In this document: piece after piece, positions 1 to 12,043 of the stretch | How positions within the stretch are numbered: the stretch's first letter is position 1 | Layout: each line of letters starts with the position of its first letter | NCBI GenBank assembly: GCA_023251875.1 | Contig: JAHEXY010000012.1 | Span: 16,111-80,110, forward strand | Reading direction: 5' to 3' | DNA: 64,000 nucleotides | DNA from: Bacteroidota bacterium | GTDB lineage: Bacteria; Bacteroidota; Bacteroidia; JAHEXY01 | Notes under the pieces: generated by a model | The model's input: the letters and a program-made list of their open reading frames with translations, nothing else | Told to the model about the DNA's origin: nothing | Databases searched by the model: none | Program-made: the position numbers and the translations under genes

Positions 1-1
1 G

Positions 2-1564
2 AAATTTGCCCTTTATAACGCCAGTGATAATTCAATTATTCTACAAGATACTTTTGTTGTTATTCCGGCATATACTTCTGATACTATTACGATAGACCTA
101 TCAGGAAAAACAATTGAAGGAAGTTTGATTGCTGAATTACTTACATTATCAAGTCCGGGAAGTAATGGAAATCCGGTTTTAATTGATATTACTGATCATG
201 TTACAATTATTGTTGAAATGCATGATTTACATCCCTTATCTGCAACAGCTGTGTTTCCTACTCAAACAGTAGTAGACAAAGTTGATTACATACCCATGAC
301 TAAGGTAACGCAGGAATTTACCCACATGAAAGTTAGGTCAGGAACTGTTCATATCGAAGCCGTAAATACGTTGCAGCAAGAACTTCATTTTAAATATAAA
401 ATATATAGTGCTACATTAAATGGCGATACTTTTTCAGTACAAAATGTAATTCCGGCAGCTCCTGTTGGTAGTTCTTCTTCTTTTAATAAAGATTATGACT
501 TTGCAGGTTATGACTTAAATTTAACAATAGGAAAAGACGGTGATACAGTTAATACCATGAAGCAATCATTATCGGGAAGTATTGATTCATCCGGCCAAGT
601 GGTAACCATTACTTTGGCCGATAGCTTTTATGTAAATGCCGGAATGATTAACATTGTTCCTGAATATGCTTATGGCTATTTGGGTAACGATACTTTTAAC
701 TTTGGCCCATCTACAACTGTAACAGATATATTTAAAAGCATTACCAGCGGAAGTATTGATTTTGATGATGTAAATTTAAGTTTAGATATTACTAATGGTA
801 TTGGCACCAATGCATCTGTTACTTTTAATGGACTTACTTCTATTAATTCTAAAACAGGAAATGTAGTAACCTTAGGAGGATCTGCAGTTTCACAACCTTT
901 TGTAATTGATGCGGCTACTGATAATCCGCTTACTGCCGCCAATAATAAATTGGTTTTAAATGATGCAAGTACAAGTGGCACTGCATCTCAATTTATTGAA
1001 AACATGCCCGATCAAATTGGTTATTCACTTCAATTGGTTTTAAATCCAGGAGAAACTCATCCGCCCCTTGGTACCGGAACAGATTTTATTTATTATGAAA
1101 GCGGATTAGAAGCCAGTATGGATTTAGAAATTCCCTTGAATTTAATTGCAAATGATTTAACCTTGGTTGATACATTAGGTTTTAGCCTTCAAGAATCCAA
1201 TCAAAGTAAACGCATTAAAGATGGAACACTCAATTTAATTGTTGATAACGGCTTTCCATTTGAAGCCGATATACAACTATACATGCTAGATGAAAACAAT
1301 CAAATTATTGATTCATTATTTACGTTAGGCAAAGTTGCAGCTGCCACACTAGGAAGCAATTTAATTGTTACTGATTCTAAAAAATCTAAACTTCCTATTC
1401 ATGTTAGTCAAGCTAAAGTAAATGAATTGTATGAAACAAAATATATGGCTGTTGTAGTTTCTTTTTCAACTGCATCCAATACCCAGCATGTGAAAATTTA
1501 CAATAATTATTCATTCGATGTTCAATTGGTTGGAGACTTTAATTACACCTTTGAAAAGAATTAA
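2..1564 (+). CDS. hypothetical secreted/surface protein. The open frame continues upstream past the window start, so the CDS is 5'-partial.
   Basis: Frame 2 is open from the first base. The protein is Thr/Ser/Asn-rich with no recognisable catalytic motifs. Confidence 0.45.
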   Translation, partial: KFALYNASDNSIILQDTFVVIPAYTSDTITIDLSGKTIEGSLIAELLTLSSPGSNGNPVLIDITDHVTIIVEMHDLHPLSATAVFPTQTVVDKVDYIPMTKVTQEFTHMKVRSGTVHIEAVNTLQQELHFKYKIYSATLNGDTFSVQNVIPAAPVGSSSSFNKDYDFAGYDLNLTIGKDGDTVNTMKQSLSGSIDSSGQVVTITLADSFYVNAGMINIVPEYAYGYLGNDTFNFGPSTTVTDIFKSITSGSIDFDDVNLSLDITNGIGTNASVTFNGLTSINSKTGNVVTLGGSAVSQPFVIDAATDNPLTAANNKLVLNDASTSGTASQFIENMPDQIGYSLQLVLNPGETHPPLGTGTDFIYYESGLEASMDLEIPLNLIANDLTLVDTLGFSLQESNQSKRIKDGTLNLIVDNGFPFEADIQLYMLDENNQIIDSLFTLGKVAAATLGSNLIVTDSKKSKLPIHVSQAKVNELYETKYMAVVVSFSTASNTQHVKIYNNYSFDVQLVGDFNYTFEKN

Positions 1565-1570
1565 ACAATA

Positions 1571-2935
1571 ATGGCGATTTTAAAAAGTAATCCATTGTAT
1601 GGCTGTCACGCTGAGAATAGTCAAAGCGTCATAAATAATCAATTCAATTCTCATCTTATAAAACAATCTTTTTTTGTTCTTGCTACACTAATTTTAATTG
1701 TAGGATTTACTTTACAAGCCAATGCCCAAATTGAATCTTCGTTTGAGGATATTAATGCGCACGGTGTTTCAATTCCCACAAAATCATTTGCAGGAATTCA
1801 AGCCAATTACTATTATAATTCTAATGCCGTTACCAATCAATTTTTTTCGTCTCTATACCAAGGACAATATATTGATTCAACTTTAAAAAATGCTGTAATT
1901 GATAAATTAGCTGCAAAAAACCGAGTTGGAGGAGAATTTAATTTTTCAATATTTGCAAAAATATGCCCTGATTCGGGTTCCTCAAAAAATACCTATTGGT
2001 TTAAAATAGGAGAAAAAAACATAGCAGGTTTTTCCTTTTCTAATAACATGTTTAAACTTATTTTTAATGGCAATAGCCAATTTGCAGGGCAAAACATTGA
2101 CTTAGGAAAATCTGTTCTTAATTCCATACAATACCAATATTTAACTGGTGGTATTGAAAAAACGATTGGAGAAAATCATAACATGATTGTTGGAGCTGGT
2201 CTTTCTTTAATAAAAGGAAGTAATCATCTCAATATTGCAATTGATAAAGCTGTTTTGTTTACACAACAAGATGGAGAATACCTCGATTTAGATTTAAACT
2301 ACGGTTTAAAACAAACCGATACTTCCAATACAGGCTATGCTTCATTTAATGGATTTGGTACGGGCCTCGATTTGTATTATCGATTGATGCTGAAAAATCA
2401 ATCTCAATTGAATATTAGTGCCAGTGATATTGGTTTTATCCATTGGAATGGAAATTCATTACAATCATCTGCAGATACCACTTACCATTTTGAAGGGCTT
2501 GAAATCAATAATATTTTTCAATTAATTGATACTGCTTCTACCGACCAAAATTTACAAGACACCATTGTAAATGGTTTTATTCCCAAAACAAAACAGAAAT
2601 CATACAATTCAATGTTGCCAACGCAAATCCATTTTAATTATTTGCATCATATTGGCAGCACTTCTTTTTATGCAACTGTAGGAATAAAATATATGTTTAA
2701 TGCAGGCTATTTTCCTAAAACATACATTGGTGGTGCATGGTACACAAAATCATTTGATGTGATTACTTCTGTTTCATATGGGGGGTACACCAATATAAGT
2801 TGGGATCTTAGATTGAGAAAAACATTTTTAAAAACATTTGAAATTTACGCAGGTTGTAATAATTTACTTGGATATATTATTCCTAAATCAACAACCTCTC
2901 AAGGTGCATATGTTGCCTTAAGTAAATATTTTTAA
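1571..2935 (+). CDS. hypothetical outer-membrane beta-barrel-like protein
   Basis: Hydrophobic signal segment FFVLATLILIVGFTLQANAQ. Alternating amphipathic strands and a C-terminal ...LSKYF aromatic end are typical of outer-membrane barrels. Confidence 0.45.
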   Translation: MAILKSNPLYGCHAENSQSVINNQFNSHLIKQSFFVLATLILIVGFTLQANAQIESSFEDINAHGVSIPTKSFAGIQANYYYNSNAVTNQFFSSLYQGQYIDSTLKNAVIDKLAAKNRVGGEFNFSIFAKICPDSGSSKNTYWFKIGEKNIAGFSFSNNMFKLIFNGNSQFAGQNIDLGKSVLNSIQYQYLTGGIEKTIGENHNMIVGAGLSLIKGSNHLNIAIDKAVLFTQQDGEYLDLDLNYGLKQTDTSNTGYASFNGFGTGLDLYYRLMLKNQSQLNISASDIGFIHWNGNSLQSSADTTYHFEGLEINNIFQLIDTASTDQNLQDTIVNGFIPKTKQKSYNSMLPTQIHFNYLHHIGSTSFYATVGIKYMFNAGYFPKTYIGGAWYTKSFDVITSVSYGGYTNISWDLRLRKTFLKTFEIYAGCNNLLGYIIPKSTTSQGAYVALSKYF

Positions 2936-2936
2936 G

Positions 2937-3761
2937 ATGATTAATTCAATTCCCAATGTAAAATATACTTCTCGCAACAATTTCTTTCTCATTGCGGGCC
3001 CATGTATTGTTGAAAGTGAAGAACTTTGTTTTGAGGTTGCAGAAAAAGTAAAAGCCATTACTGATAAACTTCAAATACCCTATATCTTTAAAGCATCGTA
3101 TAAAAAAGCCAATCGCTCAAGGTTAGATTCATTTTCAACAATTGGAGAAGAAAAATCTTTAGACATTATTAAGCGTGTTGGAGAAAAATTAAAACTACCT
3201 ACTTTAACGGATATTCATTCGGCTGAAGAAGCAAAAATTGCCGCTCAATATGTTGATGTATTACAAATTCCGGCATTTTTATGTAGGCAAACAGAATTAT
3301 TAGTTGCTGCTGCTGAAACAGGTAAATGGGTAAACATAAAAAAGGGGCAGTTTTTATCTGCAGAATCAATGAAACATGCTGTGGAAAAAGTGCGCGCCTC
3401 TAACAATAATTGTATTATGCTTACCGAAAGAGGAACCATGTTTGGCTACCAAGACTTAATTGTTGACTACCGTGGTATACCCGAAATGCAAAAAAACAAT
3501 GTGCCTGTTATTTTAGATGTTACCCACTCTTTACAACAACCCAATCAAAGTAGTGGCGTTACAGGTGGCAAGCCGGAATTAATTGCTACCATAGCCAAAG
3601 CAGGTATTGCTGTTGGTGTTGACGGTATTTTTATTGAAACCCACCCCAATCCTTCAAAAGCCCTGTCTGATGGGGCTAATATGCTTAGACTAGATCTTTT
3701 AGAAGACCTTTTAACTATCCTAATCAGGATACATACTTCTTTAAAACCCCAATCCTTTTGA
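2937..3761 (+). CDS. kdsA: 3-deoxy-8-phosphooctulonate synthase (KDO8P synthase)
   Basis: Full-length match to the KdsA pattern: FLIAGPCIVES, IPYIFKASYKKANRS, PAFLCRQTELL, DVTHSLQ. Confidence 0.9.
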   Translation: MINSIPNVKYTSRNNFFLIAGPCIVESEELCFEVAEKVKAITDKLQIPYIFKASYKKANRSRLDSFSTIGEEKSLDIIKRVGEKLKLPTLTDIHSAEEAKIAAQYVDVLQIPAFLCRQTELLVAAAETGKWVNIKKGQFLSAESMKHAVEKVRASNNNCIMLTERGTMFGYQDLIVDYRGIPEMQKNNVPVILDVTHSLQQPNQSSGVTGGKPELIATIAKAGIAVGVDGIFIETHPNPSKALSDGANMLRLDLLEDLLTILIRIHTSLKPQSF

Positions 3762-4194
3762 TATTAATAAAATACTGATTATCAAAGCAAAAAAATAATT
3801 TATATCCATAAAACACTATTATTCAAACCTCAATTACACATAAAATTGTGGTTGATACTGAATGTAGTATCTTTTAAATTAGATTGTAATTTAAATTATG
3901 AAAACATGGGAAAAGGAATTTTTTTAACAACCTTTATTTCACTTTTAGTAAAAAAAATTAAACTAAGAATTCACTTATTTATTAAAAAGAGATGTTCTGT
4001 TGATCGGCATCCTTATTTTACTTGTAAAAAGAAACCCTATGGCACTTCTGATGGTTATAGCTTAATAGTTCCTCAATTTGACCCTGAAGAGGATAAAAAA
4101 TAAATTAAAAAAAGCGTAGCCCTTGGGTGAGCTAAAAAGATTATATGAGAAGGAAATAGGGGGAAAAATAAAAATGATTTAAAACAAAATATCA

Positions 4195-5115
4195 CTAATA
4201 AATAACATCTCTACCCTTACGCACATCAGATTTTTGTTCTTTGAAGTATTGAATATACTTTAGGTCAATAATATCTGTCCAACCAATAAGATATTTTGTT
4301 ATGGGTCCAATTTCTAGTTGAGAAATATATTCTCGAGGAGATGTCATGATATCATTCGGAAACATTTTCTTTAAGTCTGATTTATACAATTTAGTTGTAC
4401 TGTATTTATGATAGTATAAATCTGCTGCACCAAAAACATGAAGAATTTCATGCGCAATTAATCCCGGTACTTTAAAACTAGAAACGGCAAACTCAACATA
4501 ATCATTACTCATTGCATTTAGGGTAATTGAACAATCGTCTTTATAATAATTATTCAACATATAAAGCAATACAACACTTTCAACATTGTATTGATCACGA
4601 AGTTTAGCAACCAAACGCTCTTTATTTTTATAATCGGGATATACTTTATTTACCACACGATTGCCCCATTTTTCGAGCTGATCAATGCCATCATCGGCAG
4701 CCAATACTTTTGTTACAGGTCCCGGGAGATTTTGTTCAACGGTTCTACTGGTATCAGAAGACAAATAATCAAAACTGATATGCAATTGAATATTACTTTT
4801 TGCGGCTTGGTCTTGTATCCAGTTAATGGCTCTGTTAATCGAATCTGTAGCTGTATTGATATCATAGTTTGTCCAACCGAGAGAAGATTTGGTATCAACC
4901 CAAATGGCATACACTAATACATTGCCTTGTAATTTTTTACAAACATTATGATCGCGTGCCATACGGCTATCAATGGCATACCAATCTTTGGAATCTTGAG
5001 AAAAGGCTGAAGTGAAAAATAAAAAAAATAAAAGCCCTATCCCAGCCTTCTTCAAAAGGGAAAGAGTAGCAAGTGCTTTTAAAATATTTTGGAATAATTG
5101 GGTAATTGAAGTCAT
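4195..5115 (-). CDS. secreted HExxH zinc metallopeptidase-like protein
   Basis: N-terminal signal peptide and a HEILHVFGAADLY zincin-type motif near the C-terminus. Confidence 0.5.
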   Translation of the reverse strand: MTSITQLFQNILKALATLSLLKKAGIGLLFFLFFTSAFSQDSKDWYAIDSRMARDHNVCKKLQGNVLVYAIWVDTKSSLGWTNYDINTATDSINRAINWIQDQAAKSNIQLHISFDYLSSDTSRTVEQNLPGPVTKVLAADDGIDQLEKWGNRVVNKVYPDYKNKERLVAKLRDQYNVESVVLLYMLNNYYKDDCSITLNAMSNDYVEFAVSSFKVPGLIAHEILHVFGAADLYYHKYSTTKLYKSDLKKMFPNDIMTSPREYISQLEIGPITKYLIGWTDIIDLKYIQYFKEQKSDVRKGRDVIY

Positions 5116-5242
5116 TATTTATTTAGGTATTGGATTTTAAAAAAGATACATAATCTTTTCTATTTTCCAATATTTGTATTACCAATCATTCTCGATTATT
5201 TTTCATCAGCTAATTATCTCATTAGCTAATCAGCTAATCTTT

Positions 5243-6736
<1,494 letters not shown>

Positions 6737-6752
6737 TTATTTTTTGTTTTTA

Positions 6753-7004
6753 TTATCTGTATACATCTTTTCTATGATCAACATCAATTACAGTAACTGT
6801 AATAATTGAATCGTTTATTTCATAGATAATTCTATAATTGCCTACTCTAAGCCTAAAAGCATCTTCCCCTTTTAATTGAATATATCCATAAGGACGAGGA
6901 TTTTCAGCAAAAGCATCAATATGTTTTAACACATTTAAATAATCTCTTTGGGGAAGTTTTTCAATTTGCTTTCTTGCATAACGCGTTACGGTAACTAAAT
7001 ACAT
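6753..7004 (-). CDS. type II toxin, RelE/ParE family
   Basis: LKG...FRLRVGNYRIIYEI...HRKDVY signature. The gene overlaps the upstream small ORF by 1 nt (ATGA coupling). Confidence 0.7.
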   Translation of the reverse strand: MYLVTVTRYARKQIEKLPQRDYLNVLKHIDAFAENPRPYGYIQLKGEDAFRLRVGNYRIIYEINDSIITVTVIDVDHRKDVYR

Positions 7005-7207
7005 TACTTCTTTTTTTTGCGATTAGCATTCATTTCTTTAATTGCATCTTTTAAAGGAAGTACATCACCTGCCATGGACTTTGCTTTACGATAAGCTTTA
7101 ATATCTTCAAGTTCGTCATGATCATCAACAAGTTTTTCGTATTCTTTTATAGGTAAAATAACGGCTAGTTTATTTCCGATATTATCTGTAACAAATTGAG
7201 TTCTCAT
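7004..7207 (-). CDS. antitoxin partner of the RelE/ParE toxin
   Basis: Small 67-aa ORF immediately upstream of the toxin and translationally coupled to it, with a charged C-terminus. No firm family assignment. Confidence 0.5.
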   Translation of the reverse strand: MRTQFVTDNIGNKLAVILPIKEYEKLVDDHDELEDIKAYRKAKSMAGDVLPLKDAIKEMNANRKKKK

Positions 7208-7259
7208 ATCATTTATAGTATTTATTTATAATATAAATATACTGATTGTTACTTAATTT

Positions 7260-7559
7260 CTATTGAAACACAATATCACAAATTACATCTTTGCCCATTT
7301 GCGCATTAATTTTACCAATTAATTTTGTTTTGGCATAAGAGAGTTCTTGTCGCAACGCAGCCGAACTTAATTTGATAATTAAAGTGCCTTCTTTAAAATA
7401 AATGCCTGTGGTATATTTAGCAATGGTTTTACCCATTATCAATTCCCAAGAACTGGTAATTTTTACCTGATCTAGTTTTTGCTCCAAACCATATTGTTGA
7501 AACATATTTTTTATAGCATCGCCAATAGATTGTTGGTTGCTAGTGCGTTTTAATGACAT
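7260..7559 (-). CDS. DUF721-family small protein
   Basis: A 99-aa protein whose pattern (GDAIK..., W..IMG..IA..T, L.I...S.A.R.EL) resembles Bacteroidetes DUF721 proteins. Confidence 0.5.
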   Translation of the reverse strand: MSLKRTSNQQSIGDAIKNMFQQYGLEQKLDQVKITSSWELIMGKTIAKYTTGIYFKEGTLIIKLSSAALRQELSYAKTKLIGKINAQMGKDVICDIVFQ

Positions 7560-7584
7560 AATGAAAGAAATCTGAAGAGATGTA

Positions 7585-7621
7585 CTCCCTCACCCTTCCC
7601 CTCGCCCTAAGGGAGAGGGAG
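7585..7621. terminator. GC-rich hairpin with a 12-bp stem (one mismatch) flanked by A/T runs. It sits between the DUF721-family gene and sucC and is a distant relative of the repeat family at 47.4 and 50.4 kb.
   Basis: ctccctcaccctt ... aagggagagggag, then gtttggaattttt. Confidence 0.5.
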
Positions 7622-7648
7622 GTTTGGAATTTTTATTATATAAAAAAT

Positions 7649-8839
7649 TTAAGAAAGCACTTTATTCACCAAATCAGCAGCTTCTTGTAATGCAATGGCT
7701 GAGTATACTTTTAAGCCCGATTCATCAATTATTTTTTTAGCTTGTTCGGCATTGGTACCTTGTAAACGCACAATAATTGGCACATTTACTTGTCCTAAAT
7801 TTTTGTATGCATCAACTACACCCTGAGCAACACGATCACAACGAACAATACCTCCAAAAATATTTACCAGAATGGCTTTTACATTGGGATCTCTCATAAT
7901 AATTCTAAAAGCTTGTTCAACACGAGCCGCATCTGCGGTTCCACCTACATCTAAAAAATTTGCAGGTTCTCCACCTGAAAGTTTGATAATATCCATAGTT
8001 GCCATGGCTAACCCGGCACCATTTACCATACAACCAACATTACCATCTAGCTTAACATAATTTAAACTATGCTTACTTGCTTCTACTTCTGTAGGATCTT
8101 CTTCGGTAATATCACGCATGGCTTCATAATCAGGATGTCGAAACAATCCATTTCCATCTAATGAAACTTTTGCATCAACAGCAATTATTTTATCGTCAGA
8201 AGTTTTTAGCACAGGATTAATCTCGAAAAGTGATGAATCAGAACTTTCATAAGCTTTGTATAAAGAAGCAACAAATTTTGTCATTTCTTTAAAAGCTTTT
8301 CCGGAGAGGCCAAGATTGAATGCAATTTTTCTGCACTGAAAATCTTGTAAACCTACTTTTGGATCAATTTCTTCTTTATAAATTAAATGAGGGGTATGTT
8401 CTGCAACGGCTTCAATATCCATTCCACCTTCAGTAGAATAAATAATTACATTTTTCCCTGCTTGGCGATTAAGCAATACACTCATGTAAAATTCTTTGGG
8501 TTTGCTTTCACCGGGATAATAAACATCTTCAGCAATCAACACTTTGTTTACTTTTTTTCCTTTGGCTCCGGTTTGCGGGGTGATTAATTGCATACCAATA
8601 ATTTTGCCGGCAATTTCCTTTACATCATCTAATGATTTTGCCAATTTTACTCCTCCCCCTTTTCCACGCCCTCCGGCATGTATTTGAGCTTTTATAACCC
8701 ACCAATTGGTTCCTGTATCAGCATTTAATTTTTTTGCTGCTTCAACAGCTTGTTCGGCCGTATCCGCAACAATGCCTCTTTGTGTAGCAACTCCAAAGCT
8801 GCTTAAAATTTGTTTTCCTTGGTATTCGTGTATATTCAT
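7649..8839 (-). CDS. sucC: succinate--CoA ligase (ADP-forming) beta subunit
   Basis: [13 protein letters not shown]-terminus and ATP-grasp plus CoA-ligase domains. The 19 codons upstream in the ORF track translate the heptamer repeat and were judged not to be coding. Confidence 0.9.
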   Translation of the reverse strand: MNIHEYQGKQILSSFGVATQRGIVADTAEQAVEAAKKLNADTGTNWWVIKAQIHAGGRGKGGGVKLAKSLDDVKEIAGKIIGMQLITPQTGAKGKKVNKVLIAEDVYYPGESKPKEFYMSVLLNRQAGKNVIIYSTEGGMDIEAVAEHTPHLIYKEEIDPKVGLQDFQCRKIAFNLGLSGKAFKEMTKFVASLYKAYESSDSSLFEINPVLKTSDDKIIAVDAKVSLDGNGLFRHPDYEAMRDITEEDPTEVEASKHSLNYVKLDGNVGCMVNGAGLAMATMDIIKLSGGEPANFLDVGGTADAARVEQAFRIIMRDPNVKAILVNIFGGIVRCDRVAQGVVDAYKNLGQVNVPIIVRLQGTNAEQAKKIIDESGLKVYSAIALQEAADLVNKVLS

Positions 8840-8843
8840 ATTT

Positions 8844-8892
8844 TGGTTGTTGGTTGTTGGTTGTTGGTTGTTGGTTGTTGGTTGAGCGAACA
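8844..8892. repeat. heptanucleotide tandem repeat (TGGTTGT)x7, which reads CAACCAA on the sucC strand. It directly abuts the sucC start codon.
   Basis: Seven consecutive copies. The last copy reads TGGTTGA. Confidence 0.85.
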
Positions 8893-9001
8893 ACAATCAA
8901 AAATAACAAACAAAAAATTGAACGGTGAAAGTAAAAGTTTTTGTTGGTAATGTCAATTAACAATAGAATTTTTATATTGCAAAAAATTAAAATAATTTTC
9001 T

Positions 9002-10603
9002 ATGAAAAAAATATATCTACTTTTCTCCTTTATATCTGTTTTTTTTATTCACGTAATAAAAACAAATGCTCAAGTTGCATCACAAGATTCTTTAGCCTTA
9101 GTTGATTTATATGATTCAACCAATGGTAGTTCATGGACAACCAAAACCAATTGGCTAAGCGGTAATGTTTCTACCTGGTATGGAATTACCATTAGCAGTA
9201 ACAGGGTTACCGGCATTTCGATGAATAATAATAACATTGTGGGTGCTATACCTTCGTCAATTGGCAATTTAAGTGCGCTTACCTCTATATATTTAAATTC
9301 AAATAAGATTACTTCACTGCCAGAAGAGCTTTCTAATATTAGTACGCTAACAATAATGCGAATGGAAAGTAATCAATTTTCTTTTCCATTTTTTGTAGGG
9401 AAAATGACACAATTAATAGAGTTGGATCTTTCTGGAAATAAATTTTCTATTAGTTTTCCTGATACGCTTTATAAGCTAACAAATGCAAAAATGATAAATA
9501 TAGGAAGTTGTTCTATATCAGGCTCATTAGATTCAAGAATTTCACAATGGCCTAAATTAACATGGATGTATTTTGGTTATAATAATTTATCAGGAGCTAT
9601 TCCTTCTAATATTGGAATGCTTACGAATATGACGTTTCTTGAGCTCAATAATAATCAACTTAGTGGATCGCTTCCTACCAGTATAGGAAATTTAAGTACT
9701 AAGCTTAGCTACTTAAGGCTTAATAATAATAAATTTAATGGGCATATACCGGATACACTCTACTCACTTTTATCTTTAAAAGAATTGAATTTACATGACA
9801 ATTATTTTTCAGGATCAGTATCCCCTTTAATTGCTAAACTAACCAGTTTAACAACTTTATACTTATATAATGATAGTTTAGTTGGAACATTCCCACCATC
9901 AATTGATAGTTTGGTTAACCTTCAGTATTTAGAAATTAATAATAATATGTTTGATAGTTTCCCTGATATTTCGGCATTAAAAAATATTAGTTATTTATAC
10001 CTTCAAGATAATAAGTTTACTTTTGAAGATATAGAACCTAACATAAGTGTAGCTACTAGTTCATTTACCTATTCTCCACAAGATAGTGTTAAGTCAAATC
10101 TCTTTGTAAATCTAAATTCAGGAGATACTCTTTTAATTACATCAACTATTGGAGGAACAATAAATGCTTATCAATGGTATAAAAATGGTGTAGCTATTTC
10201 AGGAGCAACTGACGATACATTAAAAATACTAAACGTAACTGCTCTTAATTCAGGAGCCTATTCATGCAAAATAACTAATGCAATAGCAAGCGCTTTAAAA
10301 TTATACAGAAAATCTGTTTTTGTAACTGTTAGTTCAATTACTTCTATTACTCCAATTGAAATACGAAATCAATTGAATGTATATCCAAATCCTTCTGAAA
10401 ATGGCATTTATAATTTAAGTGATTTTAATACAAATAAAATGGGAAACATACTTTCTGTTTTTAATATTACCGGAGAAAAAATAATGTCTATTTCAATAGG
10501 TAAAGACACCAAACAGATAGATTTATCTACGCTTTCAAAAGGAACTTATATTGCAACAATTGAAAACGAAAACGGTAAGCAAACAATTAAAATTATTAGA
10601 TAA
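9002..10603 (+). CDS. leucine-rich-repeat protein with Ig-like region and T9SS C-terminal sorting domain
   Basis: Signal peptide, LxxLxLxxN LRR units and a C-terminal ~80 aa with LNVYPNPSE...GTYIATIENENGKQTIKIIR, typical of a type A sorting domain. Confidence 0.75.
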   Translation: MKKIYLLFSFISVFFIHVIKTNAQVASQDSLALVDLYDSTNGSSWTTKTNWLSGNVSTWYGITISSNRVTGISMNNNNIVGAIPSSIGNLSALTSIYLNSNKITSLPEELSNISTLTIMRMESNQFSFPFFVGKMTQLIELDLSGNKFSISFPDTLYKLTNAKMINIGSCSISGSLDSRISQWPKLTWMYFGYNNLSGAIPSNIGMLTNMTFLELNNNQLSGSLPTSIGNLSTKLSYLRLNNNKFNGHIPDTLYSLLSLKELNLHDNYFSGSVSPLIAKLTSLTTLYLYNDSLVGTFPPSIDSLVNLQYLEINNNMFDSFPDISALKNISYLYLQDNKFTFEDIEPNISVATSSFTYSPQDSVKSNLFVNLNSGDTLLITSTIGGTINAYQWYKNGVAISGATDDTLKILNVTALNSGAYSCKITNAIASALKLYRKSVFVTVSSITSITPIEIRNQLNVYPNPSENGIYNLSDFNTNKMGNILSVFNITGEKIMSISIGKDTKQIDLSTLSKGTYIATIENENGKQTIKIIR

Positions 10604-10606
10604 TTT

Positions 10607-11728
10607 ATGCAAATTGAATTCGTAGATCTTAAAAAACAATACTTAAGTATTAAGCAAGAAATTGATACTGCTATACAAGAAGTAATTTTAAATTCTGCTT
10701 ATGTGGGTGGAAAAGAGGTAAACAAATTTGAAGAAAACTTTGCCGCATATATTGGAACCAAGCACTGCATATCATGTGCTAATGGAACAGATTCTATCGA
10801 AATTATTTTTGCAGCTCTTGGTATTGGCAAAGGAGATGAGGTAATTGTTCCTGCTCATTCATGGATTTCAACTTCCGAAGCTGTTTCAGCTATTGGAGCT
10901 ACTCCTATTTTTATTGATACATTGCCACTTAAATATACCATCGATCCATCTAAAATAGAAGCCTCCATAACATCAAAAACAAAAGCCATCATGCCTGTTC
11001 ATTTGTATGGCCTTCCGGCAGAAATGGATGAAATAATGGCTATTGCTCAAAAACATAAATTAATTGTTATTGAAGATTGCGCCCAAGCCCACGGAGCAGA
11101 ATACAAAGGAAAAAAAGTAGGGACATTTGGCCATGCAGCTTCATTTAGTTTTTATCCAGGAAAAAATTTAGGCGCTTATGGCGATGCTGGTGGTATGGTA
11201 ACTAATGACAATGCTTTAGCTGAAAGAACTCGTATGATAGCCAATCATGGGCAAAAGGGGAAACACAATCATATTATAGAAGGCCGCAATAGCAGATTGG
11301 ATGGCTTGCAAGCTGCTGTTTTAAATGTAAAATTAAAATACTTGAATAAATGGACCAATGAGCGTATTGCAAATGCTCATTATTATATGAAATGTTTGAA
11401 AGATAGTGGAATAGTATTGCCGGAATTACCCCTTTATTCAAAACATGTGTTTCATTTATTTGTTGTGCAAAGTTATGATAGGGATTTTTTCATGAAGCAA
11501 TTAAACGAAAAGGGAATAGCTACCGCAGTTCATTATCCAAGTATTTTGCCATTATTACCAGCCTATTCTAAATACAAATATACAGCGGAACAATTTCCAA
11601 TTTCATCAAAATACCAATCCAAAATAGTTTCACTTCCCATGTATGCGGAACTTACAAAAGAAGAAATTGAATATGTATCTAAATCTGCAATTGGTTCAAG
11701 GTTTAAAATTGTAGAAGGATTAGTTTAA
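10607..11728 (+). CDS. DegT/DnrJ/EryC1/StrS-family PLP-dependent sugar aminotransferase
   Basis: Full-length family pattern, including a Lys-containing [15 protein letters not shown] motif. Confidence 0.85.
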   Translation: MQIEFVDLKKQYLSIKQEIDTAIQEVILNSAYVGGKEVNKFEENFAAYIGTKHCISCANGTDSIEIIFAALGIGKGDEVIVPAHSWISTSEAVSAIGATPIFIDTLPLKYTIDPSKIEASITSKTKAIMPVHLYGLPAEMDEIMAIAQKHKLIVIEDCAQAHGAEYKGKKVGTFGHAASFSFYPGKNLGAYGDAGGMVTNDNALAERTRMIANHGQKGKHNHIIEGRNSRLDGLQAAVLNVKLKYLNKWTNERIANAHYYMKCLKDSGIVLPELPLYSKHVFHLFVVQSYDRDFFMKQLNEKGIATAVHYPSILPLLPAYSKYKYTAEQFPISSKYQSKIVSLPMYAELTKEEIEYVSKSAIGSRFKIVEGLV

Positions 11729-11768
11729 TGCATAAATATCGTACCTTTACATTATTAAAATATTAGAT

Positions 11769-12035
11769 ATGAATTGTAAAACCCTCCTTTTCTTGTTTGT
11801 TTTTGTTGTTGTTGTTTTATTTATCAATACAGATATTTCTGCCCAATGTGCAATGTGTAAAGAAGCCATAAAATCAAATATTGAAAGTGGCGGTGATGGA
11901 AGAAAATTTGGTTTGGGAATTAATACCGGTATTCTTTATTTAATGGCTGTTCCCTATTTAATAGTTGGCACAATTGCATGTGCCTTTTATAAGAAACAGA
12001 TTATTGCTAAAGTGCAAGGGTTTATAAAAAAATAG
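11769..12035 (+). CDS. small membrane/secreted protein, hypothetical
   Basis: Signal peptide and a C-terminal transmembrane segment in an 88-aa product. Confidence 0.35.
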   Translation: MNCKTLLFLFVFVVVVLFINTDISAQCAMCKEAIKSNIESGGDGRKFGLGINTGILYLMAVPYLIVGTIACAFYKKQIIAKVQGFIKK

Positions 12036-12043
12036 CCGCTATT

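Noticed and set aside
676-981. Antisense ORFs inside long genes. The ORF track also lists such frames at 3245-3439, 4591-4917, 4713-4910, 7872-8060, 8387-8587, 9070-9267, 29219-29926, 34949-35188, 44381-44636, 44882-45153, 45428-45983, 48184-48462, 58194-58424, 58858-59043, 59820-60074, 60246-60464, 61269-61638 and elsewhere.
   Set aside because: They are embedded in the opposite strand or an alternative frame of strongly supported CDSs, and they have no domain signatures.
3846-4103. 85-aa ORF in the kdsA/metallopeptidase intergenic region
   Set aside because: The sequence is low-complexity and AT-biased, with no signal or motif. It is probably non-coding.
8844-8892. Possible CRISPR-like repeat array
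   Set aside because: It is a 7-nt perfect microsatellite with no spacers and no cas genes. It is not a CRISPR array.
8840-8896. N-terminal extension of sucC (MLFAQPTTNNQQPTTNNQN...) starting at 8896
   Set aside because: The extension is a translation of the heptamer microsatellite. SucC homologues begin at MNIHEY, so the start was set at 8839.
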